From contig JBAZMV010000001.1 of the NCBI GenBank assembly GCA_041649635.1, forward strand, positions 281,197 to 345,196: a stretch of 64,000 nucleotides of DNA. The letters run 5' to 3'. The stretch is from Dehalococcoidia bacterium. GTDB lineage: Bacteria > Chloroflexota > Dehalococcoidia > E44-bin15. Below are positions 21,255 to 31,804 of this stretch, in pieces. Both the position numbers and the translations under genes were made by a program. How positions within the stretch are numbered: the stretch's first letter is position 1; the number at the start of each line of letters is the position of its first letter. The notes beneath the pieces were generated by a model. The model ran no database searches, was not told the DNA's origin, and worked only from the letters and a program-made list of their open reading frames with translations.

Positions 21255-23135
21255 GTGTTTCTGGAGAATATAAACGAACCGTCCGATCTGCAGAACCTTA
21301 CGCCCGATCAACTGACGCGTCTGGCCGCCGATATTAGAAACAGGATATTGGACACAGTGAGTGCGAACGGCGGGCATCTGGCCTCAAGCCTGGGCGCGGT
21401 TGAACTTACCATTGCGCTGCACCGCAGCTTCAACAGTCCCGTCGATAAGATACTCTGGGATGTAGGCCATCAGTCATACGCGCACAAGCTGCTGACCGGA
21501 AGAAAAGATCGATTCAGCAAGATACGGCAGTACGGCGGGCTGAGCGGATTCCCGGACCGTAGCGAGAGCCCTCACGACCACTTCGGCGCGGGACATGCCT
21601 CAACATCGATCTCCGCCGCGCTGGGCATGGCCAAGGCGCGCGATCTCGCGGGGGCAGATTACCATGTCGTCGCGGTGATAGGGGACGGCTCGCTAACGGG
21701 GGGTATGGCCTTCGAAGCTATCAACCATGCCGGACAGCTCGGATGCCGGCTGATAGTGGTCCTCAACGACAACGGCATGGCTATTTCACCCTCGATTGGG
21801 GCGCTATCAAGGCAATTCTCTCGACTGCGTTTCACCCGCCGCTATTATCAGGCGAGGAAAGAGGCTTCCCACATCGTAAATAGAATGCCGATGAAGCGGC
21901 AGTTCCTTCAAATACTGTCCACGCTGGAAAAAGGCGTTAAAGGGATGATCATCCCCTCCATGTTCTGGGAGGAACTGGGCTTCACCTACATGGGCCCCAT
22001 AGACGGCCACAATATAAACGAGCTTGAGGCGGCATTCACACGCGCCAAGGGCTATGATAAACGTCCGCTGCTGATACACGTGGTCACCACCAAGGGAAAA
22101 GGCTACAGCCCCGCCGAAGACGACGCCGTTAGCTTTCACGGAGTCTCGCCGAATGGCGCCGAGACGGCCAAAACCCCTTCCTTCAGCGAGATTTTTGGAC
22201 GCACCATGCTGCGACTGGCCAAAGAAGAGCCAAGGCTGGTCGCCATAACCGCGGCCATGACCGAAGGCACCGGCCTCAATTTCATGAGCAGGGAACTGCC
22301 GAAGAGGGTCTTCGATGTCGGCATTTGCGAACAGCACGCGGTAACATTCGCGGCGGGACTGGCCACGCAGGGATACATCCCCGTCGTCGCCATATACTCG
22401 ACGTTCCTGCAGCGCGCCCTGGACCAGATCATTCACGATGTATGCATACAGAACCTGCCGGTCGTCTTCGCCATCGACCGCGGCGGCATAGTAGGAGAGG
22501 ACGGCAAAACACATCAGGGCAGCTTCGATCTGTCTTATTTGAGCTTCATTCCCAACATGGTGCTGGCCGCGCCAAAGGACGAGAACGAACTGCGGCACCT
22601 GCTGTACACCGCCGTCCGCGCCCGCCGCCCCTTTGCAATCCGCTACCCCAGGGGCCGCGGCCTGGGAGTGCCGCTCGACGAAGAATTGCGGGAAATACCG
22701 ATAGGAAAGTGGGAGACATTGCGAGGCGGGAACGACGCGGCTATCTTCGCCACGGGACGCAGCGTTCAATACGCGGTAACCGCCGCGGAGAAGCTGGCGA
22801 AGGCCGGCATCGAGTGCACCGTAGTCAACTCGCGGTTCATCAAACCGCCGGACTACGAGATGATATCCGCCCTGGCCGGGAGCCATAAGCGCTTCATCAC
22901 GGTGGAGGAGAACGCCGTCAGCGGCGGCTTCGGCAGCACGATCGTTTCGTTGATAAAGAGCGCGAACCCGGACACCGTGGTTGAATGTATCGGCATACCG
23001 GACGAGTTCGTAGTCCATGGCCCCCAGGAGGTACTCCGCGCGAAATATAACCTCGACGCGGATGGGATCGCGCAACGCGTCGTCTCGGCCTTCCCCGATC
23101 TGAGCGCGCGGACACCGACCAAGACAAAGAGATAG
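21255..23135 (+). CDS. dxs: 1-deoxy-D-xylulose-5-phosphate synthase
   Basis: GGHLASSLGAVELT, the TPP-binding GDGSLTGGMAFEA and a transketolase C-terminal domain. Confidence 0.9.
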   Translation: MFLENINEPSDLQNLTPDQLTRLAADIRNRILDTVSANGGHLASSLGAVELTIALHRSFNSPVDKILWDVGHQSYAHKLLTGRKDRFSKIRQYGGLSGFPDRSESPHDHFGAGHASTSISAALGMAKARDLAGADYHVVAVIGDGSLTGGMAFEAINHAGQLGCRLIVVLNDNGMAISPSIGALSRQFSRLRFTRRYYQARKEASHIVNRMPMKRQFLQILSTLEKGVKGMIIPSMFWEELGFTYMGPIDGHNINELEAAFTRAKGYDKRPLLIHVVTTKGKGYSPAEDDAVSFHGVSPNGAETAKTPSFSEIFGRTMLRLAKEEPRLVAITAAMTEGTGLNFMSRELPKRVFDVGICEQHAVTFAAGLATQGYIPVVAIYSTFLQRALDQIIHDVCIQNLPVVFAIDRGGIVGEDGKTHQGSFDLSYLSFIPNMVLAAPKDENELRHLLYTAVRARRPFAIRYPRGRGLGVPLDEELREIPIGKWETLRGGNDAAIFATGRSVQYAVTAAEKLAKAGIECTVVNSRFIKPPDYEMISALAGSHKRFITVEENAVSGGFGSTIVSLIKSANPDTVVECIGIPDEFVVHGPQEVLRAKYNLDADGIAQRVVSAFPDLSARTPTKTKR

Positions 23136-23176
23136 CTCAATCTTATTCAATCACATTTTTCTTTTGAGAGAAGTAC

Positions 23177-24181
23177 ATGGATCTGCCTGAAGCTTTTCAT
23201 CGCTACCGGAACGACATAGTGAAAGAGCTTGCCGCCAATATTAACGGAGGCAAGCTGGCCATGTATGACATGATGCGCTACCATATGGGCTGGGTCGACG
23301 AGGGAGGCAACCTTCAGGACGCCGGCGGCAAGCTGGTAAGACCCACGCTGCTTCTGCTCGCGTGCGAGTGCGTCGGTGGCGACTGGCGCGCGGCGCTGCC
23401 CGCGGCGGCGGCGGTGGAACTGGTGCACAACTTCTCGCTGATACATGACGACATCGAGGACGGCGACGAGGAGCGCAGACAGCGCGCCACCGTCTGGCGC
23501 ATATGGGGCGAATCGCAGGCGATAAACCTCGGCGATGCCATGCACGCAATGTCCAGGCTGGCCCTGAACCGGCTGGACGACAGCGTTGCCGATCCAAGGA
23601 AAATGCTTAACGCGGCAGGCATCCTGGACCAGACCTGCCTGGAACTATGCGAAGGTCAATACCTTGACATACTGTATGAAAGCAAATTTGACATAAATAT
23701 AGACGACTATATGCTGATGACGGACCTGAAAACAGCCTCGCTGATCACATGCTCCGTCAAGCTTGGCGCCCTGCTGGGCACGGACGACGAGAAGTTGGTG
23801 CAAAGGTTCGAACGATTCGGCAGGAAGCTGGGCATGGCATACCAGATGATAGACGATGTGCTGGGCATCTGGGGCGACGAGCCGTTCAGCGACATACTTA
23901 AGAGGAAAAAGACCCTGCCCATAATCTACGCGCTTGAGAACATCGGCGATAAGGATCGAAAGAGACTGATGGAGATATACAACGGCAGGTCGATCGGCCG
24001 GGTCAAGGTGCGTCAGGTCATCGATATTCTAAACCGGCTGCATGCCGAGCAATACTCGAGAAATATGGCGCAGCAATACTACAACGAGGCGCTGGAGGAA
24101 CTCGGCGAGGACGGCCTGTCCGCTACGGTTTGCGGAGAGTTAAAAGAGGTCACCGACTTTCTCATAGATAGAGAGTACTAG
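23177..24181 (+). CDS. Polyprenyl diphosphate synthase (trans-isoprenyl diphosphate synthase family)
   Basis: First and second Asp-rich motifs LIHDDIEDGD and MIDDVLG. Confidence 0.8.
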   Translation: MDLPEAFHRYRNDIVKELAANINGGKLAMYDMMRYHMGWVDEGGNLQDAGGKLVRPTLLLLACECVGGDWRAALPAAAAVELVHNFSLIHDDIEDGDEERRQRATVWRIWGESQAINLGDAMHAMSRLALNRLDDSVADPRKMLNAAGILDQTCLELCEGQYLDILYESKFDINIDDYMLMTDLKTASLITCSVKLGALLGTDDEKLVQRFERFGRKLGMAYQMIDDVLGIWGDEPFSDILKRKKTLPIIYALENIGDKDRKRLMEIYNGRSIGRVKVRQVIDILNRLHAEQYSRNMAQQYYNEALEELGEDGLSATVCGELKEVTDFLIDREY

Positions 24182-24293
24182 ATAAACCAAGTCAACGGTG
24201 AGTAGAATCGAGATTACTTCAAATCAGGCCTTTCTAAATCTATATCAAGTGATTATGATAGTAATCTAAAAGAGAGTTTTCGAGAGGTGTGAC

Positions 24294-25481
24294 ATGGAAA
24301 AGAAAACTGTCAGGGACGTCGATGTAGCGGGGAAGCGCGTTCTGGTGCGCGTAGACCTGAACGTTCCTCAGGATGAAAAGACCGGCGCGATCTCCGACGA
24401 CACGCGCATAAAGGCGGTGGTGCCGACTATCAGTTATCTTGTCGACAGAAAAGCCCGCGTTATACTGTGCTCCCACCTCGGTCGGCCCAAGGGCAAAACT
24501 GTCGATGCGCTCAGGCTGGCGCCGATAGCAAAACGTTTATCCGAAATCCTCGGCAAGCCGATAGCAACGACCCGGGACTGCATCGGCCCGGACGTAGAGC
24601 AGGCAGCCGCCGCGCTTCAAGACGGCGACATACTTATGCTTGAGAACCTGCGCTTCCATGATGAGGAGGAGAAGAACGACGCGGGGTTCTCGCAGGCGCT
24701 GGCCAAGCTGGCCGATATATACGTGAACGACGCCTTCGGCACGGCCCACCGCGCCCATGCCTCCACGGAGGGCGTCACCAGACACCTGCCCGCGGTAGCC
24801 GGCTTTCTCATGGAAAAAGAGATAGTGACTATGGGCAAGGCATTGACCAATCCCACACATCCTTTTGCCGGCGTCATCGGCGGCGCAAAGATAAGCGACA
24901 AGATCGGCATGCTGGACAATATACTTGATAAAGTGACCGTATTGCTCGTAGGCGGCGGCATGGTCGCAACCTTCCTCAAAGCGCTAAAATATGAAGTAGG
25001 CAAATCTTCCGTCGAGGACGATAAACTGGAACTGGCTGGGAAGCTCATGGATAAAGCTAAGACTAAAGGTGTGAATCTTCTCCTGCCTGTCGATTTAGTC
25101 GTCGCGGACAAATTCGCCGCCGACGCCAAATCCAAGACCGTGGCCGTCGATAACGTGCCCGGCGACTGGCTGATCATGGACATCGGACATAAGACAATCG
25201 ACGTGTACGAGAACGAACTGAAGAAGTGCAAGACGGTCATCTGGAACGGCCCGATGGGCGTTTTTGAATATCCCAAGTTCAGCAGGGGCACGGCGAGCAT
25301 CGCCAAAACGCTGGCCGGATTGCAGGCGACGACCATAATAGGAGGAGGCTCCACCGCCGAGGCCGTGGAGGAGATGGGGCTGGCGGAGAAGATGACGCAT
25401 GTATCGACGGGGGGCGGCGCTTCGCTTGAATTCCTGGAAGGTAAAATCCTGCCCGGCGTGGCGGCGCTTCAGGATAAGTAG
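24294..25481 (+). CDS. pgk: Phosphoglycerate kinase
   Basis: RVDLNVP, the hinge motif and the C-terminal GGGASLE. Confidence 0.9.
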   Translation: MEKKTVRDVDVAGKRVLVRVDLNVPQDEKTGAISDDTRIKAVVPTISYLVDRKARVILCSHLGRPKGKTVDALRLAPIAKRLSEILGKPIATTRDCIGPDVEQAAAALQDGDILMLENLRFHDEEEKNDAGFSQALAKLADIYVNDAFGTAHRAHASTEGVTRHLPAVAGFLMEKEIVTMGKALTNPTHPFAGVIGGAKISDKIGMLDNILDKVTVLLVGGGMVATFLKALKYEVGKSSVEDDKLELAGKLMDKAKTKGVNLLLPVDLVVADKFAADAKSKTVAVDNVPGDWLIMDIGHKTIDVYENELKKCKTVIWNGPMGVFEYPKFSRGTASIAKTLAGLQATTIIGGGSTAEAVEEMGLAEKMTHVSTGGGASLEFLEGKILPGVAALQDK

Positions 25482-25649
25482 TGGCTGTCTTCGGATTAAA
25501 GGGGCAGGAGAAATCTTCTGCCGGATTTAGGCGAGACGTAGGGGCAGACCTGAGTGTCTGCCCGCAGCGGGCGAACACATAGGTTCGCCCCTACCAAACA
25601 ACCGATGTATGATAGGATATCAGTTCAGAAAGTCTGAAAGAGGTCGGTC

Positions 25650-26864
25650 ATGATTAGCTTAGAACAGATAAAGCTTTTAGCGGAATCCACTCCTTCCAAG
25701 ATCATATTCCTTGTCATGGACGGACTGGGCGGCCTGCCGCACCCCGATACTGGAAAGACGGAGCTTGAGAGCGCCCGCAGGCCGAACCTTAACCGTCTGG
25801 CAAAAGACGGCATCTGCGGATTGAGCACAACGGTCAGCACCGGCATAACGCCGGGCAGCGCGCCGGGACACCTGGCCATATTCGGCTATAACCCGCTGGA
25901 ACCGAATTATCAGATAGGGCGCGGCGTGCTTGAGGCGCTGGGTATCGGCTTCGACCTGAAAGACGGCGACCTGGCCATCAGGGGCAACTTCTGCACCATC
26001 GACAAGGCCGGAAAGATAACCGACCGCAGGGCCGGCCGCATCCCGACGGAGGTGTGCGAGGAGCTGTGCGCAAAGCTGAGCAAGATCAAAGTGAAGGGAG
26101 CGCAGACCTTCGTACGCCCGGTCAAGGAGCACCGCTTCGTACTCGTTTTTCGCGGTAAGAACCTCGCCGACGATATCGAGGACACCGACCCGCAGAAGTT
26201 GGGGGCGGCGCCTCTGCCTGCCAAAGCGAAGCGACCTGCCGCTAAAGCAACGGCGGCGATAGTGAACGAATTTCTCGACAGCGCCCGCAAAGCACTGGCC
26301 AAAGAGCATCCGACGAACATGGTCCTGCTGCGCGGTTTCGCCAAGTATCCGCCGCAGGTGCCGCCGATGTCCGAGGTTTTTAAGCTCAAACCGGCGGCAA
26401 TCGCCGTATACCCCATGTACCGCGGGCTGGCTAAAGTGGTTGGCATGGACATACTCAATGCCGGCATTTCGATTAAGGACGAATTTGCCACTGTCGCCAA
26501 ACACTACAAAAAATACGATTTCTTCTTCATCCATATCAAAGGCACCGACAGCTCAGGCGAGGACGGCGACTTCGCCCGGAAGGTAAAAGTCATCGAGGAA
26601 GTCGACCGCGAGCTGCCGAAATTAACCGGACTCAAACCCGACGTTATAGTCGTCACCGCCGATCATTCCACCCCCGCGCTGCTCAAGGGCCACAGCTGGC
26701 ACCCCGTGCCATTCCTGCTGTGTTCGAAGTATTGCCGCCGCGACGATGTCAAGGAATTCTCCGAGAGCGCCTGCGCACACGGAGCGCTGGGCGTCTTCCC
26801 GGCAATAGATATCGTGCCGCTGGCCTTGGCCAACGCCCTGAAACTAGACAAATACGGAGCGTAA
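25650..26864 (+). CDS. apgM: 2,3-bisphosphoglycerate-independent phosphoglycerate mutase, archaeal type
   Basis: IIFLVMDGLGGLP and TADHSTP metalloenzyme blocks. Glycolytic context between pgk and tpiA. Confidence 0.8.
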   Translation: MISLEQIKLLAESTPSKIIFLVMDGLGGLPHPDTGKTELESARRPNLNRLAKDGICGLSTTVSTGITPGSAPGHLAIFGYNPLEPNYQIGRGVLEALGIGFDLKDGDLAIRGNFCTIDKAGKITDRRAGRIPTEVCEELCAKLSKIKVKGAQTFVRPVKEHRFVLVFRGKNLADDIEDTDPQKLGAAPLPAKAKRPAAKATAAIVNEFLDSARKALAKEHPTNMVLLRGFAKYPPQVPPMSEVFKLKPAAIAVYPMYRGLAKVVGMDILNAGISIKDEFATVAKHYKKYDFFFIHIKGTDSSGEDGDFARKVKVIEEVDRELPKLTGLKPDVIVVTADHSTPALLKGHSWHPVPFLLCSKYCRRDDVKEFSESACAHGALGVFPAIDIVPLALANALKLDKYGA

Positions 26865-26865
26865 C

Positions 26866-27624
26866 ATGAGAAGATTATTTATCGCAGGCAACTGGAAGAT
26901 GAACACGACGCTGATGGAGGCCGTCGACCTCGTGAACGAGATGAAAGAGCCTCTCGACAAGTTCGAGAACGTAGACAAGGTCGTATGCCCGCCTTTTATC
27001 TCGCTGGCCGTCATTTCCGAGATACTCATGGATTCGTCCATCATGGTCGGCGCTCAGAACGTCTATTTCAAGGAAAAGGGCGCATTCACCGGAGAGATAT
27101 CGCCGTCGATGCTCGTCGATATCTGCGAGTATGTAATAATAGGGCATTCCGAGCGAAGGCAGTACTTCGGCGAGACGGATGAAACGGTAAATAAAAAGGT
27201 CAAGGCGGCGCTGGATGCAGGGCTTAAGCCGATTATATGCGTCGGCGAGAACCTGGACCAGAACAAGGCGGGCGAGACCGAGAATGTGGTCACGGGCCAG
27301 GTAAAGAGAGCGCTCGACGACGTAAATTACTCGCCGTCGATAGTGATCGCATACGAGCCGATATGGGCCATAGGGACAGGAATGGCGGCAACGGGAAATG
27401 ACGCCAACGCTACCATTAAAATAATCAGAAGCACCATAGCCGAGATATACAACGGCAGGGCAGCCCAGGACATGCGCATCCTCTATGGAGGCAGCGTAAC
27501 CGCGGCTAACATCGTAGAGTTTATCAGCCAGCCCGATATCGACGGCGGCCTGGTAGGCGGCGCAAGCCTGAAAGCTGCGGAATTCATCAGCATGGTGGAG
27601 CAGGCGGCAGCGATCCGCAAATGA
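26866..27624 (+). CDS. tpiA: Triosephosphate isomerase
   Basis: AGNWKMN, IGHSERR and AYEPIWAIGTG blocks. Confidence 0.9.
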   Translation: MRRLFIAGNWKMNTTLMEAVDLVNEMKEPLDKFENVDKVVCPPFISLAVISEILMDSSIMVGAQNVYFKEKGAFTGEISPSMLVDICEYVIIGHSERRQYFGETDETVNKKVKAALDAGLKPIICVGENLDQNKAGETENVVTGQVKRALDDVNYSPSIVIAYEPIWAIGTGMAATGNDANATIKIIRSTIAEIYNGRAAQDMRILYGGSVTAANIVEFISQPDIDGGLVGGASLKAAEFISMVEQAAAIRK

Positions 27625-28532
27625 ACCGCATCGCAGCAATAGTAGGGCCTACGGCGACGGGCAAGAGCGCCCTTGCTGTCGAGCTGGCAACTGCGCTCGG
27701 CGGCGAGATAGTGAGCGCGGACAGCCGCCAGGTCTACAGGTACATGGACATCGGCACCGCCAAGCCGGGCGCTGACGACAGAGCGAAAGTCCCCCACCAT
27801 CTTATTGACATAATTAATCCAGACGAAGATTTCACCCTCGCAACCTATCAGGAGCTGGCTTTTCAAGCGATAGGCGATATCCAGCGGCGGGGCAAGCTGC
27901 CACTCCTGGTGGGGGGCAGCGGCCTGTACGTGAGAGCCGTCACCGGCGGTCTCGTCATCCCCAGGGTCGCACCCGACCCTGAACTAAGGCGCAGACTCGA
28001 GGATAGGGCGGAGCACGACGGTTATCAGTCCCTATACAACGAACTCATAAAAGTCGATCCTGACGCAGCTGGGAAGATCGACCCGCGCAACGTCCGCCGC
28101 GTGATACGCGCCCTGGAGGTTTGCCTCACCGCCGGCGTCCCTTTCTCGCAACTCCAGCGATCATCTCCCAAGTTATCGACTCTGATGATAGGATTAACCA
28201 CGGCAAGGGAAGACCTGTATAGAAGGATCGACGCCAGGGTCGATGAAATGATTCAACGCGGGCTCGTCGATGAGATCAGAGGTTTGCTCGACAGCGGCTA
28301 CTCGCCCGAGCTGCCAGCGATGTCCGGCCTGGGCTACAAGCAAATCGTTGCCTATCTAAAGGGTGAAACCACCATCAACGAGGCGATACAGCGGATAAAG
28401 TACGAGACGCACCGCTTCGCGCGAAGCCAGTACGCCTGGTTCCGTCCCAAAGATGCGAATATACACTGGTTCGATATCAGAAACCAGCCGCTTGAGCCGA
28501 TACGCCGCCTTATTACATCAAGCCTGCGTTGA
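27621..28532 (+). CDS. miaA: tRNA dimethylallyltransferase
   Basis: P-loop GPTATGKS and SADSRQVYRYMDIGTAKP. Confidence 0.9.
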   Translation: MNRIAAIVGPTATGKSALAVELATALGGEIVSADSRQVYRYMDIGTAKPGADDRAKVPHHLIDIINPDEDFTLATYQELAFQAIGDIQRRGKLPLLVGGSGLYVRAVTGGLVIPRVAPDPELRRRLEDRAEHDGYQSLYNELIKVDPDAAGKIDPRNVRRVIRALEVCLTAGVPFSQLQRSSPKLSTLMIGLTTAREDLYRRIDARVDEMIQRGLVDEIRGLLDSGYSPELPAMSGLGYKQIVAYLKGETTINEAIQRIKYETHRFARSQYAWFRPKDANIHWFDIRNQPLEPIRRLITSSLR

Positions 28533-28603
28533 GCAGTGCCCCGTTTTTAAGCTCTAACCCTTGGTGTTATACTAAGATAGAATCGACTTAAGTACTGAAT
28601 ACA

Positions 28604-28697
28604 AAAGAGGTGTCCTTCCAGTACTGGAAGGACCGGGGGAAATCGGGGGTGTTCCCCGACCCACCGTTCCCCCAAGATTGGGGGTTAGGGGGTTGAA
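28604..28697 (+). repeat. Structured intergenic repeat, copy 1 (most divergent)
   Basis: AAGAGGTG; hairpin TCCTTCCAG-TACT-CTGGAAGGA; CCGGGGG..GGGGTGTTCCCC; TTCCCCCAAGATTGGGGG; GGGGGTTGA. Lies between miaA and hflX. Confidence 0.6.
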
Positions 28698-28891
28698 CTT
28701 CATTTTGAAATATATACTTAAAAACCAAAGTCACAAAAGACAGTCATGATAAAGAGTTAACGAAGAAAAGAATAAAATACTTAACATAAGGTAAGAAGAT
28801 AGCTAAAAAATCGCGCATATACGACACAGACCCCCCGAACAGCAAACGGCAACTCCACCCGACATGGCCGTCGCATGAGAAGGCCTTCCTC

Positions 28892-29998
28892 GTGGGCATG
28901 GAGGTGAAGGGCGGCGCAAGCGCTTGGTCGACGGAGGACTCAATAGAAGAGCTGGCTCAGCTGGCGCGGACGGCGGGAGCACAGGTAGAGGGCGCCATTA
29001 TACAGCGTCTGCAAAGACCGAACCACTCGTACTACATAGGACAGGGCAAGGTGGAGGAGATTGCCGCGTTGCGTGATGAGGTCGGCTACAATGTAGTCAT
29101 CTTTGACGATGAGCTGTCACCTGTGCAGCAGCGCAACCTCGAGGATGTCCTCGTGGTAAAAGTAATCGACCGCACGGCCCTGATCCTCGATATCTTCGCC
29201 AAACGCGCCCAAACCCGCGAGGGACGCCTGCAGGTGGAGCTGGCGCAGCTCGAATACCTGTTGCCGAGGCTGGTAGGGCAATGGAGCCACCTGGAACGCC
29301 TCGGCGGCGGCATCGGCACCAGGGGCCCCGGCGAGTCGCAGTTGGAGACGGACCGCAGAATAATAAAACGCAAGATACTGCGCCTCAAGGACGAGATCGA
29401 GGGCGTAAGAAAACACCGCGCCCTTTACCGCCGACAGCGCACGACCAGCTCCATCCCGGTAGTCTCAATGGTCGGTTACACCAACTCGGGCAAAAGCACT
29501 TTGATGAACGCCTTAAGCAATGCCGGAGTATTCGTCGAGAATAAACTATTCGCCACGCTCGACCCCACGACGAGGAGAATCGCGCTGCCTAACCGTCAGG
29601 AGATACTTCTGACCGACACCGTGGGATTCATCCAGAAGCTGCCCACGACGCTTGTGGCCGCATTCAGGGCCACTTTGGAGGAATTAGACGAAGCCGACTT
29701 ATTGCTTCATGTTATCGACATCACGCACCGCAACGCGGCCGAGCAAAGCGCGACGGTTGAGCAGATACTGCGGGAACTGGAGCTGGCCGATAAACCCAGG
29801 ATAGAGGTCCTCAATAAGCTCGACCTGATGGTGCCCGGAGAAAATGAAATGGGGGATTTCATTTCGCAAAATCCCGCCGCCGGAAAAGATGCCGTGCTGA
29901 TCTCCGCGGCAAAAAGATGGGGGCTCAAAGCGCTTCTGGAAAAAATCGCTTCCATACTAGCGGAAAGTGGTTCGCACAATAGTGGTTATGTCGAATAA
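28892..29998 (+). CDS. hflX: GTPase HflX
   Basis: HflX N-domain, G1 GYTNSGKST, G3 DTVGF and NKLD. GTG start as in the track. Confidence 0.85.
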   Translation: MGMEVKGGASAWSTEDSIEELAQLARTAGAQVEGAIIQRLQRPNHSYYIGQGKVEEIAALRDEVGYNVVIFDDELSPVQQRNLEDVLVVKVIDRTALILDIFAKRAQTREGRLQVELAQLEYLLPRLVGQWSHLERLGGGIGTRGPGESQLETDRRIIKRKILRLKDEIEGVRKHRALYRRQRTTSSIPVVSMVGYTNSGKSTLMNALSNAGVFVENKLFATLDPTTRRIALPNRQEILLTDTVGFIQKLPTTLVAAFRATLEELDEADLLLHVIDITHRNAAEQSATVEQILRELELADKPRIEVLNKLDLMVPGENEMGDFISQNPAAGKDAVLISAAKRWGLKALLEKIASILAESGSHNSGYVE

Positions 29999-30557
29999 AG
30001 CACTACTGGACGGGGTTGCGTTGACATAATATATGGGTTTTATTTACACATGAAACTGTTCGTGCTGCAACGTAGAATCTGGACACTAACCGTGGGAAAA
30101 AGAGGCTACTTGCTGGTTTTAACGGGTTTCCATATATAGACGGAGTCATCCAGGCCCGATTTGAGCCCGCTAAACTACACCGTCGCCCCGGATATTAACT
30201 ACTTCTGGCCGCTCACAGACTTGGCGATCTTAACTATGGCACACTCGCCTTGGGTCCACCACGCACACCTATCCTCCCTGCACAACCCGGGAGTCCCGTC
30301 TTCCCTTACCGGTGCTATCGGACATGTCTTTTTAATCTCTGGTGCGCCCATGATGTGCCTCCCCTTTTTTTCAGCCTACTTTAAATCCGATAGGTCTTCA
30401 TATAAGCTCTTTGCGTTACTCTTTATGCATTATACAACAAATACAACAAATGACGCCCTGCGTTTAACAGGCATTCCCTTAAGGACACATCATGTCCTTG
30501 CCGTTATATGACTCTGAGTTTATAATTGTACAGCATCAACAGCAAACAGGAAATAGC

Positions 30558-31727
30558 ATGAAACTAAACCGAACGATACCGACTCTAACGCTGGCAGTTC
30601 TAATCGCACTATCATTTGTCGCCGGTTTCGCTTATTCTTCGCTGGTAATAAATCCTAGCGGTCAACTGCCCGACGAGTTCGACTCGCTGGTCGAAATCTG
30701 GACACAATTAAAGCAGAATTATGTAAATCAAAGCGCTCTCGATGCCGGGACACTTGCTCAGGGCGCCATATACGGCATGCTCAACGCACTTGGTGATCCA
30801 TACACCACATACTACTACGATTATGAAGAATTCTATGATTACCTCGAAGGTTCATTCGAGGGCATCGGGGCTTACGTTTCCAGGGAGGACGGCTGGATAA
30901 TCATAGTCTCCCCTATCAAGGGCAGCCCGGCGGAAGCGGCGGGGATCAGAGCGGGCGATGTGATACTGGAGATCGACGGAGAGCCCGCCGATGACATCAC
31001 AGTTACCGAAGCGGTAATGAAGATAAGAGGACCCAAAGGAACCACCGTGATACTCCTCATCCGACACGAGGGTGAGAGCGACCCCGTAGAGATACATATT
31101 GTGCGCGATACTATTACGCAGCCCAGTGTAGATTATGAATCCTTGCCCGATAATATCGGATACATATGGATATCGCAGTTTACCAGCGAAACTACATACG
31201 AATTTCAGACAGCCTTAAACGACGCTATGGGCGACGGTAATAAAGGGCTTATCCTGGACATGAGAGGCAATCCCGGCGGTTTTCTTGATGTTGTCGCTGA
31301 TATCGCCGATGAATTTCTCGACAGTGGTATTATCTTATACGTAGCTAATGACGATCTGGAGATATTCGAAGAGTACGCGGCAGAGCCCGGCGGACTCGCC
31401 GTCAACATGCCTCTCACCGTCCTCGTCGATGGAGGCAGCGCCAGCGGCAGCGAGGTGCTCGCTGGCGCGATGCAGGATCATGATCGCGCCGCCATCATAG
31501 GCACACAGACCTACGGCAAAGGCAGCGTTAACTGGCCTATAGAGCTCAGCGACGGCTCCGCGCTGTATATAACCGTGTCACGCTGGCTGACGCCCGATAA
31601 AAATCTAATAGAGGGCGTCGGCATCACTCCGGACTACATTGTGGAATTCAGCGAGGAAGACTGGGACAACGACATCGACAACCAGCTCGATTATGCGATC
31701 GAGTATATGAAATCATTGATTCAATGA
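30558..31727 (+). CDS. ctp: Carboxyl-terminal processing protease (S41 family)
   Basis: N-terminal signal/TM MKLNRTIPTLTLAVLIAL, a PDZ region and the S41 active-site block GNPGGF. The Met at 30558 is preferred over the track start at 30492. Confidence 0.8.
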   Translation: MKLNRTIPTLTLAVLIALSFVAGFAYSSLVINPSGQLPDEFDSLVEIWTQLKQNYVNQSALDAGTLAQGAIYGMLNALGDPYTTYYYDYEEFYDYLEGSFEGIGAYVSREDGWIIIVSPIKGSPAEAAGIRAGDVILEIDGEPADDITVTEAVMKIRGPKGTTVILLIRHEGESDPVEIHIVRDTITQPSVDYESLPDNIGYIWISQFTSETTYEFQTALNDAMGDGNKGLILDMRGNPGGFLDVVADIADEFLDSGIILYVANDDLEIFEEYAAEPGGLAVNMPLTVLVDGGSASGSEVLAGAMQDHDRAAIIGTQTYGKGSVNWPIELSDGSALYITVSRWLTPDKNLIEGVGITPDYIVEFSEEDWDNDIDNQLDYAIEYMKSLIQ

Positions 31728-31804
31728 TACCGCATCTAGTTTGCTCTATTTATCCATCGGCCTGGTACATTTGTCGCCATTTGCATTGAGTGTTAAAATA
31801 TATT

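Noticed and set aside
21807-23150. Long antisense ORF (447 aa) opposite dxs, plus many other 60-190-aa antisense ORFs across 13-30 kb
   Set aside because: High G+C produces long stop-free antisense frames. Their translations are Arg/Pro/Ala-rich and low-complexity. The sense-strand genes have clear conserved motifs.
30161-30511. 116-aa ORF in the hflX-ctp spacer
   Set aside because: It has aberrant amino-acid composition (His/Thr/Pro-rich), no RBS and no motif. It is more likely non-coding.
29999-30557. RNase P RNA or SRP RNA in the long spacer
   Set aside because: Neither the P4 GGAAAGTCCGGGC block nor the SRP GGTCCGGAAGGAAGC block, nor their complements, are present.
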